A DNA stretch of 64,000 nt from positions 1,860,001-1,924,000 of the forward strand of contig CAXHJY010000096.1 in the NCBI GenBank assembly GCA_964016885.1. Direction: 5' to 3'. This document shows positions 1 through 10,700 of the stretch, in pieces (the stretch's first letter is position 1; every line of letters begins with the position of its first letter). The notes under the pieces were generated by a model, which was given only the letters and a program-made list of their open reading frames with translations, ran no database searches and was not told the origin of the DNA. A program made the translations under genes and the position numbers. The stretch is from Eledone cirrhosa (Eukaryota).

Positions 1-2147
1 TTAAAAAAATCAGGCGGAGATTGTAAAAAAAATCAGGGGGGAGATAATTTGTAAAAAAATCAGGGGGAGATAATTTGTAAAAAATAATCAGGGGGAGATA
101 ATTTGTAAAAAAATTCAAGGGGAGATAATTTCCAGCCGTCCAAGGGGAGATAATTTCCCGCCAGCCAAGGGAAGATAATATTTAAAAAAATTAGGCGGAG
201 ATAATTTGTAAAAAAAATCAGGTGGAGATAATTTGTAAAAAAATCAGGGGGAGATAATTTGTAAAAAAAATCAGGGGGAGATAATTTGTAAAAAAAATCA
301 TGGGGAGATAATTTGTAAAAAAAAATCAGGAGTAGATAATTTGTAAAAAAAAATCAGGGGGAGATAATTTGTAAAAAAAAATCAGGGGGAGATAATTTGT
401 AAAAAAAATCAAGGGGAGATAATATCCAGCCGTCCAAGGAGAGATAATTTTAAAAAAAATGAGGCGGAGATAATTTGTAAAAAAAAAATCAGGGGGAGTT
501 AATTTGTAAAAAAAAATGAGGGGGAGATAATTTGTAAAAAAAATCAAGGGGAGATAATTTCCAGCCGTCCAAGGGGAGATAATTTTCAGCCGTCCAAGGA
601 GAGGTAATTTCTAGCCGTCCAAGGGGAGATAATTTCCAGCCGTCCAAGGGGAGGTAATTTCCAGCCGTCCAAGGGGAGATAATTTTAAAAAAAAAATCAG
701 GCGGAGATAATTTGTAAAAAAAATCAAGGGGAGATAATTTGCAGCCGTCCAAGGGGAGATAATTTTCAGTCGTCCAAGGAGAGGTAATTTCTAGCCGTCC
801 AAGGGGAGATAATTTCCAGCCGTCCAAGGGGAGATAATTTCCAGCCGTCCAAGGGGAGATAATTTTTTTTAAAAAATCAGGCGGAGATAATTTGTAAAAA
901 AAATCAGGGGGAGATAATTTGTAAACAAAATCAGGGGGAGATAATTTGTAAAAAAAAATCAGGGGGAGATAATTTGTAAAAAAAATTAGGCGTAGATAAT
1001 TTGTAAAAAAAAATCAGGGGGAGATAATTTGTAAAAAAAAATCAGGGGGAGATAATTTGTTTAAAAAATCAAGGGGAGATAATTTGCAGCCGTCCAAGGG
1101 GAGATAATTTTCAGCCGTCCAAGGAGAGGTAATTTCTAGCCGTTCAAGGGGAGATAATTTCCAGCCGTCCAAGGGGAGATAATTTCCAGCCGTCCAAGGG
1201 GAGATAATTTTTTTTAAAAAATCAGGCGGAGATAATTTGTAAAAAAAAATCAGGGGGAGATAATTCGTAAAAAAAAATCAGGGGGAGATAATTTGTAAAA
1301 AAAAATCAGGGGGAGATAATTTGTAAAATAAATCAAGGGGAGATAATTTCCAGCCGTCCAAGGGGAGGTAATATCTAGCCGTCCAAGGGGAGATAATTTC
1401 CAGCCGTCCAAGGGGAGATAATTTCCAGCCGTCCAAGGGGAGATAATTTCCAGCCGTCCAAGGAGACATATTTTCCAGCCGTCCAAGGCGAGGTAATTTC
1501 TAGCCGTCCAAGGGGAGATTAATTCCAGCCTCCAAGGGGAGATAATTTCCAGCCAGCCAAGGGGAGATAATTTGTAAAAAAATCAGGGGGAGATAATTTG
1601 TAAAAAATATCAGGGAGATAATTTGTAAAAAAAAATCAGGGGGAGATAATTTGTAAAAAAAATCAGGGGGAGATAATTTGTAAAAAAAAATCAGGGGGAG
1701 ATAATTTGTAAAAAAAATCAAGGGGAGATAATTTCCAGCCGTCCAAGGGGAGATAATTTTCAGCCGTCCAAGGAGAGGTAATTTCTAATCCGTCCGAGGA
1801 GAGATAATTTCCAGCCGTCCAAGGGGAGATAATTTCCAGCCGTCCAAGGGGAGATAATTTCCAGCCGTCCAAGGAGACATATTTTCCAGCCGTCCAAGGA
1901 GAGGTAATTTCTAGCCGTCCAAGGGGAGATAAATTCCAGCCTCCAAGGGGAGATAATTTCCAGCCAGCCAAGGGGAGATAATTTGTAAAAAAATCAGGGG
2001 TAGATAATTTGCAAAAAAAATCAGGGGGAGATAATTTGTAAAAAAAATCAAGGGGAGATAATTTCCAGCCGTCCAAGGGGAGGTAATATCTAGCCGTCCA
2101 AGGGTAGATAATTTCCAGCCGTCCAACGGGAGATAATTTCCAGCCGT

Positions 2148-2340
2148 CCAAGGGTAGATAATATCCAGCCGCCCAAGGACATATTTTCCAGCCGTCCAAG
2201 GAGAGGTAGTTTCTAGCCGTCCAAGGGGAGATAATTTCCAGCCGTCCAAGGGTAGATAATATCCAGCCGTCCAAGGACATATTTTCCAGCCGTCCAAGGA
2301 GAGGTAATTTCTAGCCGTCCAAGGGGAGATAAATTCCAGC
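2148..2340 (+). repeat. ~98-bp sub-repeat of four variant B monomers (includes the 23-bp CCAAGGACATATTTT unit); also near 11465-11650 and 19250-19430
   Basis: CCAAGGGTAGATAATATCC occurs at 2148 and 2246, each followed by CCAAGGACATATTTT and CCAAGGAGAGGTA. Confidence 0.8.
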
Positions 2341-3357
2341 CTCCAAGGGGAGATAATTTCCAGCCAGCCAAGGGGAGATAATTTGTAAAAAAATCAGGGG
2401 GAGATAATTTGTAAAAAAAATCAGGGGGAGATAATTTGTAAAAAAAAATCAGGGGGAGATAATTTGTAAAAAAAAATCAGGGTGAGATAATTTGCAAAAA
2501 AAATCAGGGGGAGATAATTTGTAAAAAAAAATCAGGGGTAGATAATTTGTAAAAAAAAATCAGGGGGAGATAATTTGTAAAAAAAAATCAGGGGGAGATA
2601 ATTTGTAAAAAAAATCAAGGGGAGATAATTTCCAGCCGTCCAAGGAGAGATAATTTAAAAAAAAATCAGGCGGAGATAATTTGTAAAAAAAAATCAGGGG
2701 GAGATAATTTGTAAAAAAAATCAGGGGGAGATAATTTGTAAAAAAAAATCAGGGGTAGATAATTTGTAAAAAAAAATCAGGAGGAGATAATTTGTAAAAA
2801 AAAATCAGGAGGAGATAATTTGTAAAAAAAATCAAGGGGAGATAATTTCCAGCCGTCCAAGGAGAGATAATTTAAAAAAAAATCAGGCGGAGATAATTTG
2901 TAAAAAAAAATCAGGGGGAGATAATTTGTTAAAAAAAATCAGGGGGAGATAATTTGTAAAAAAAATCAAGGGGAGATAATTTCCAGCCGTCCAAGGGGAG
3001 ATAATTTTCAGCCGTCCAAGGGGAGATAATTTCCAGCCAGCGAAGGGGAGATAATTTTTTTTAAAAAATCATTGGGAGATTTGTAAAAAAAATCAGGGGG
3101 AGATAATTTGTAAAAAAAATCAAGGGGAGATAATTTCCAGCCGTCCAAGGGGAGGTAATATCTAGCCGTCCAAGGGGAGATAATTTCCAGCCGTCCAAGG
3201 GGAGATAATTTCCAGCCGTCCCAGGGTAGATAATATCCAGCCGCCCAAGGACATATTTTCCAGCCGTCCAAGGAGAGGTAATTTCTAGCCGTCCAAGGGG
3301 AGATAAATTCCAGCCTCCAAGGGGAGATAATTTCCAGCCAGCCAAGGGGAGATAATT

Positions 3358-3605
3358 TGTAAAAAAATCAGGGGGAGATAATTTGTAAAAAAAATCAGGG
3401 GGATATAATTTGTAAAAAAAAATCAGGGGGAGATAATTTGTAAAAAAAAATCAGGGGGAGATAATTTGCAAAAAAAATCAGGGGGAGATAATTTGTAAAA
3501 AAAAATCAGGGGTAGATAATTTGTAAAAAAAAATCAGGGGGAGATAATTTGTAAAAAAAAATCAGGGGGAGATAATTTGTAAAAAAAATCAAGGGGAGAT
3601 AATTT
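3358..3605 (+). repeat. Representative run of A-type monomers, TCAGGGGGAGATAATTTGT(A)7-9
   Basis: About 9 consecutive 26-28 bp units differing mainly in A-tract length, plus point variants GGATAT, TTTGC and GGGGTAG. Confidence 0.95.
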
Positions 3606-3613
3606 CGAGCCGT

Positions 3614-4045
3614 CCAAGGAGAGATAATTTTAAAAAAAATCAGGCGGAGATAATTTGTAAAAAAAAATCAGGGGGAGATAATTTGTAAAAAAAATCAGGG
3701 GGAGATAATTTGTAAAAAAAAATCAGGGGTAGATAATTTGTAAAAAAAAATCAGGGGGAGATAATTTGTAAAAAAAAATCAGGGGGAGATAATTTGTAAA
3801 AAAAATCAAGGGGAGATAATTTCCAGCCGTCCAAGGAGAGATAATTTTAAAAAAAATCAGGCGGAGATAATTTGTAAAAAAAAATCAGGGGGAGATAATT
3901 TGTAAAAAAAATCAGGGGGAGATAATTTGTAAAAAAAAATCAGGGGTAGATAATTTGTAAAAAAAAATCAGGGGGAGATAATTTGTAAAAAAAAATCAGG
4001 GGGAGATAATTTGTAAAAAAAATCAAGGGGAGATAATTTCCAGCC
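3614..4045 (+). repeat. ~217-bp sub-repeat (one B monomer plus seven A monomers); similar at ~2640-2880
   Basis: CCAAGGAGAGATAATTT(T)AAAA occurs at 3614 and 3831, and at 2640 and 2857. At 3614/3831 the downstream A variants match (GGCGG first, GGGGTAG later). Confidence 0.8.
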
Positions 4046-4372
4046 GTCCAAGGGGAGATAATTTTCAGCCGTCCAAGGGGAGATAATTTCCCGCCAGCCA
4101 AGGGAAGATAATATTCAAAAAAATCAGGCGGAGATAATTTGTAAAAAAAATCAGGGGGAGATAATTTGTAAAAAAATCAGGGGGAGATAATTTGTAAAAA
4201 AAAAAATCAGGGGGAGATAATTTGTAAAAAAAATCAGGGGGAGGTAATTTGTAAAAAAAAATCAGGGGTAGATAATTTGTAAAAAAAAATCAGGGGGAGA
4301 TAATTTGTAAAAAAAAATCAGGGGGAGATAATTTGTAAAAAAAATGAAAGGGGAGATAATATCCAGCCGTCC

Positions 4373-4761
4373 AAGGGGAGATAATTTCCAGCCGTCCAAG
4401 GGGAGATAATTTCCAGCCGTCCAAGGGGAGATAATTTCCATCCTTCCAAGGGGATATAATTTCCAGCCGTCCAAGGGGAGATAATTTCCATCCTTCCAAG
4501 GGGATATAATTTCCAGCCGTCCAAGGGGAGATAATTTTCAGCCGTCCAAGGAGAGGTAATTTCTAGCCGTCCAAGGAGAGATAATTTCCAGCCGTCCAAG
4601 GGGAGATAATTTCCAGCCGTCCAAGGGGAGATAATTTCCAGCCGTCCAAGGAGACATATTTTCCAGCCGTCCAAGGAGAGGTAATTCCTAGCCGTCCAAG
4701 GGGAGATAAATTCCAGCCTCCAAGGGGAGATAATTTCCAGCCAGCCAAGGGGAGATAATTT
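4373..4761 (+). repeat. Representative long run of B-type monomers, CCAGCCGTCCAAGGGGAGATAATTT
   Basis: About 15-16 consecutive ~25-bp units. Includes a doubled CCATCCTTCCAAGGGGATAT variant pair (50-bp duplication) and the conserved terminal cassette. Confidence 0.95.
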
Positions 4762-7700
4762 GTAAAAAAAATCAGGGGGAGATAATTTGTAAAAAAAATC
4801 AGGGGGAGATAATTTGTAAAAAAAAATCAGGGGGAGATAATTTGTAAAAAATAATCAGGGGGAGATAATTTGTAAAAAAAATCAAGGGGAGATAATTTCC
4901 AGCCGTCCAAGGGGAGATAATTTTCAGCCGTCCAAGGGGAGATAATTTCCCGCCAGCCAAGGGAAGATAATATTTAAAAAAATTAGGCGGAGATAATTTG
5001 TAAAAAAAATCAGGGGGAGATAATTTGTAAAAAAATCAGGGGGAGATAATTTGTAAAAAAAATCAGGGGGAGATAATTTGTAAAAAAAATCAGGGGGAGA
5101 TAATTTCGAGCCGTCCAAGGAGAGATAATTTTAAAAAAAATCAGGCGGAGATAATTTGTAAAAAAAAATCAGGGGGAGATAATTTGTAAAAAAAATCAGG
5201 GGGAGATAATTTGTAAAAAAAAATCAGGGGTAGATAATTTGTAAAAAAAAATCAGGGGGAGATAATTTGTAAAAAAAAATCAGGGGGAGATAATTTGTAA
5301 AAAAAATCAAGGGGAGATAATTTCCAGCCGTCCAAGGAGAGATAATTTTAAAAAAAATCAGGCGGAGATAATTTGTAAAAAAAAATCAGGGGGAGATAAT
5401 TTGTAAAAAAAATCAGGGGGAGATAATTTGTAAAAAAAAATCAGGGGTAGATAATTTGTAAAAAAAAATCAGGGGGAGATAATTTGTAAAAAAAAATCAG
5501 GGGGAGATAATTTGTAAAAAAAATCAAGGGGAGATAATTTCCAGCCGTCCAAGGGGAGATAATTTTCAGCCGTCCAAGGGGAGATAATTTCCCGCCAGCC
5601 AAGGGAAGATAATATTCAAAAAAATCAGGCGGAGATAATTTGTAAAAAAAATCAGGGGGAGATAATTTGTAAAAAAATCAGGGGGAGATAATTTGTAAAA
5701 AAAAAAATCAGGGGGAGATAATTTGTAAAAAAAATCAGGGGGAGGTAATTTGTAAAAAAAAATCAGGGGTAGATAATTTGTAAAAAGAAATCAGGGGGAG
5801 ATAATTTGTAAAAAAAAATCAGGGGGAGATAATTTGTAAAAAAAATGAAAGGGGAGATAATATCCAGCCGTCCAAGGGGAGATAATTTCCAGCCGTCCAA
5901 GGGGAGATAATTTCCAGCCGTCCAAGGGGAGATAATTTCCATCCTTCCAAGGGGATATAATTTCCAGCCGTCCAAGGGGAGATAATTTCCATCCTTCCAA
6001 GGGGATATAATTTCCAGCCGTCCAAGGGGAGATAATTTTCAGCCGTCCAAGGAGAGGTAATTTCTAGCCGTCCAAGGAGAGATAATTTCCAGCCGTCCAA
6101 GGGGAGATAATTTCCAGCCGTCCAAGGGGAGATAATTTCCAGCCGTCCAAGGAGACATATTTTCCAGCCGTCCAAGGAGAGGTAATTCCTAGCCGTCCAA
6201 GGGGAGATAAATTCCAGCCTCCAAGGGGAGATAATTTCCAGCCAGCCAAGGGGAGATAATTTGTAAAAAAAATCAGGGGGAGATAATTTGTAAAAAAAAT
6301 CAGGGGGAGATAATTTGTAAAAAAAAATCAGGGGGAGATAATTTGTAAAAAATAATCAGGGGGAGATAATTTGTAAAAAAAATCAAGGGGAGATAATTTC
6401 CAGCCGTCCAAGGGGAGATAATTTTCAGCCGTCCAAGGGGAGATAATTTCCCGCCAGCCAAGGGAAGATAATATTTAAAAAAATTAGGCGGAGATAATTT
6501 GTAAAAAAAATCAGGGGGAGATAATTTGTAAAAAAATCAGGGGGAGATAATTTGTAAAAAAAATCAGGGGGAGATAATTTGTAAAAAAAATCAGGGGGAG
6601 ATAATTTGTAAAAAAAAATCAGGGGGAGATAATTTGTAAAAAAAATCAAGGGGAGATAATTTCCAGCCGTCCAAGGGAAGATAATTTCCAGCCCTCCAAG
6701 GGGCTATAATTTCCAGCGTCCAAGGGGAGATAATTTCCAGCCAGCGAAGGGGAGATAATTTTTTTAAAAAAATCATTGGGAGATTTGTAAAAAAAATCAG
6801 GGGGAGATAATTTGTAAAAAAAATCAAGGGGAGATAATTTCCAGCCGTCCAAGGGGAGGTAATATCTAGCCGTCCAAGGGGAGATAATTTCCAGCCGTCC
6901 AAGGGGAGATAATTTCCAGCCGTCCAAGGGTAGATAATATCCAGCCGTCCAAGGACATATTTTCCAGCCGTCCAAGGAGAGGTAATTTCTAGCCGTCCAA
7001 GGGGAGATAAATTCCAGCCTCCAAGGTGAGATAATTTCCAGCCAGCCAAGGGGAGATAATTTGTAAAAAAAATCAGGGGGAGATAATTTGTAAAAAAAAA
7101 TCAGGGGGAGATAATTTGTAAAAAAAAATCAGGGGGAGATAATTTGTAAAAAAAAATCAGGGGGAGATAATTTGTAAAAAAATCAAGGGGAGATAATTTC
7201 CAGCCGTCCAAGGGGAGATAATTTTCAGCCGTACAAGGGGAGATAATTTCCCGCCAGCCAAGGGAAGATAATATTTGAAAAAATCAGGCGGAGATAATTT
7301 GTAAAAAAAATCAGGGGGAGATAATTTGTAAAAAAATCAGGGGGAGATAATTTGTAAAAAAAAAATCAGGGGGAGATAATTTGTAAAAAGAATCAGGGGG
7401 AGATAATTTGTAAAAAAAAATCAGGGGTAGATAAATTGTAAAAAAAAATCAGGGGGAGATAATTTGTAAAAAAAATCAGGGGGAGATAATTTGTAAAAAA
7501 AATGAAAGGGGAGATAATATCCAGCCGTCCAAGGGGAGATAATTTCCAGCCGTCCAAGGGGAGATAATTTCCAGCCGTCCAAGGGGAGATAATTTCCATC
7601 CTTCCAAGGGGATATAATTTCCAGCCGTCCAAGGGGAGATAATTTCCCGCCAGCCAAGGGAAGATAATTTTTAAAAAAATCAGGCGGAGATTGTAAAAAA

Positions 7701-10700
7701 AATCAGGGGGGAGATAATTTGTAAAAAAATCAGGGGGAGATAATTTGTAAAAAAAAATCAGGGGGAGATAATTTGTAAAAAATATTCAGGGGGAGATAAT
7801 TTGTAAAAAAAAATCAAGGGGAGATAATTTCCAGCCGTCCAAGGGGAGATAATTTCCCGCCAGCCAAGGGAAGATAATATTTAAAAAAATTAGGCGGAGA
7901 TAATTTGTAAAAAAAATCAGGGGGAGATAATTTGTAAAAAAATCAGGGGGAGATAATTTGTAAAAAAAATCAGGGGGAGATAATTTGTAAAAAAATTCAT
8001 GGGGAGATAATTTGTAAAAAAAAATCAGGGGTAGATAATTTGTAAAAAAAAATCAGGGGGAGATAATTTGTAAAAAAAAATCAGGGGGAGATAATTTGTA
8101 AAAAAAATCAAGGGGAGATAATTTCCAGCCGTCCAAGGGGAGATAATTTTCAGCCGTCCAAGGAGAGGTAATTTCTAGCCGTCCAAGGGGAGATAATTTC
8201 CAGCCGTCCAAGGGGAGGTAATTTCCAGCCGTCCAAGGGGAGATAATTTAAAAAAAAAAATCAGGCGGAGATAATTTGTAAAAAAAATCAAGGGGAGATA
8301 ATTTGCAGCCGTCCAAGGGGAGATAATTTTCAGTCGTCCAAGGAGAGGTAATTTCTAGCCGTCCAAGGGGAGATAATTGCCAGCCGTCCAAGGGGAGATA
8401 ATTTCCAGCCGTCCAAGGGGAGATAATTTTTTTTAAAAAATCAGGCGGAGATAATTTGTAAAAAAAATCAGGGGGAGATAATTTGTAAACAAAATCAGGG
8501 GGAGATAATTTGTAAAAAAAAATCAGGGGGAGATAATTTGTAAAAAAAATCATGGAGAGATAATTTCCAGCCGTCCAAGGTGAGATAATTTCCAGCCGTC
8601 CAAGGAGACATATTTTCCAGCCGTCCAAGGCGAGGTAATTTCTAGCCGTCCAAGGGGAGATAAATTCCAGCCTCCAAGGGGAGATAATTTCCAGCTAGCC
8701 AAGTGGAGATAATTTGTAAAAAAATCAGGGGGAGATAATTTGTAAAAAATATCAGGGAGATAATTTGTAAAAAAAAATCAGGGGGAGATAATTTGTAAAA
8801 AAAATCAGGGGGAGATAATTTGTAAAAAAAAATCAGGGGGAGATAATTTGTAAAAAAAATCAAGGGGAGATAATTTCCAGCCGTCCAAGGGGAGATAATT
8901 TTCAGCCGTCCAAGGGGAGATAATTTCCCGCCAGCCAAGGGAAGATAATATTTAAAAAAATCAGGCGGAGATAATTTGTAAAAAAAATCAGGGGGAGATA
9001 ATTTGTAAAAAAATCAGGGGGAGATAATTTGTAAAAAAAAAATCAGGGGGAGATAATTTGTAAAAAAAATCAGGGGGAGATAATTTGTAAAAAAAAATCA
9101 GGGATAGATAATTTGTAAACAAAAATCAGGGGGAGATAATTTGTAAAAAAAAATCAGGGGGAGATAATTTGTAAAAAAAATGAAAGGGGAGATAATATCC
9201 AGCCGTCCAAGGGGAGATAATTTCCAGCCGTCCAAGGGGATATAATTTCCAGCCGTCCAAGGGGAGATAATTTCCATCCTTCCAAGGGGATATAATTTCC
9301 AGCCGTCCAAGGGGAGATAATTTCCCGCCAGCCAAGGGAAGATAATTTTTAAAAAAATCAGGCGGAGATTGTAAAAAAATCAGGGGGGAGATAATTTGTA
9401 AAAAAATCAGGGGGAGATAATTTGTAAAAAATAATCAGGGGGAGATAATTTGTAAAAAAATTCAAGGGGAGATAATTTCCAGCCGTCCAAGGGGAGATAA
9501 TTTCCCGCCAGCCAAGGGAAGATAATATTTAAAAAAATTAGGCGGAGATAATTTGTAAAAAAAATCAGGGGGAGATAATTTGTAAAAAAATCAGGGGGAG
9601 ATAATTTGTAAAAAAATTCAGGGGGAGATAATTTGTAAAAAAAATCATGGGGAGATAATTTGTAAAAAAAAATCAGGGGTAGATAATTTGTAAAAAAAAA
9701 TCAGGGGGAGATAATTTGTAAAAAAAAATCAGGGGGAGATAATTTGTAAAAAAAATCAAGGGGAGATAATATCCAGCCGTCCAAGGAGAGATAATTTAAA
9801 AAAAAAATGAGGCGGAGATAATTTGTAAAAAAAAAATCAGGGGGAGTTAATTTGTAAAAAAAAATGAGGGGGAGATAATTTGTAAAAAAAATCAAGGGGA
9901 GATAATTTCCAGCCGTCCAAGGGGAGATAATTTTCAGCCGTCCAAGGAGAGGTAATTTCTAGCCGTCCAAGGGGAGATAATTTCCAGCCGTCCAAGGGGA
10001 GGTAATTTCCAGCCGTCCAAGGGGAGATAATTTTAAAAAAAATCAGGCGGAGATAATTTGTAAAAAAAATCAAGGGGAGATAATTTGTAAAAAAAATTAG
10101 GCGTAGATAATTTGTAAAAAAAAATCAGGGGGAGATAATTTGTAAAAAAAAATCAGGGGGAGATAATTTGTTTAAAAAATCAAGGGGAGATAATTTGCAG
10201 CCGTCCAAGGGGAGATAATTTTCAGCCGTCCAAGGAGAGGTAATTTCTAGCCGTTCAAGGGGAGATAATTTCCAGCCGTCCAAGGGGAGATAATTTCCAG
10301 CCGTCCAAGGGGAGATAATTTTTTTTAAAAAATCAGGCGGAGATAATTTGTAAAAAAAATCAGGGGGAGATAATTCGTAAAAAAAAATCAGGGGGAGATA
10401 ATTTGTAAAAAAAAATCAGGGGGAGATAATTTGTAAAAAAAATCAAGGGGAGATAATTTCCAGCCGTCCAAGGGGAGGTAATATCTAGCCGTCCAAGGGG
10501 AGATAATTTCCAGCCGTCCAAGGGGAGATAATTTCCAGCCGTCCAAGGGGAGATAATTTCCAGCCGTCCAAGGAGACATATTTTCCAGCCGTCCAAGGCG
10601 AGGTAATTTCTAGCCGTCCAAGGGGAGATTAATTCCAGCCTCCAAGGGGAGATAATTTCCAGCCAGCCAAGGGGAGATAATTTGTAAAAAAATCAGGGGG

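Larger units (their letters stand above)
3595..6600 (+). repeat. Tandem duplication, period 1501 bp (2 copies)
   Basis: The rare variant TTTCGAGCCG occurs at ~3603 and ~5104. ORF pairs 4262/5763, 4290/5791, 4318/5819, 4563/6064 and 4924/6425 are all offset by 1501. Confidence 0.93.

Noticed and set aside
850-890. Rho-independent terminators or poly(A) retro-tails at T-runs and A-runs
   Set aside because: The runs are integral parts of the monomers, with no preceding GC hairpin, gene or target-site duplication.
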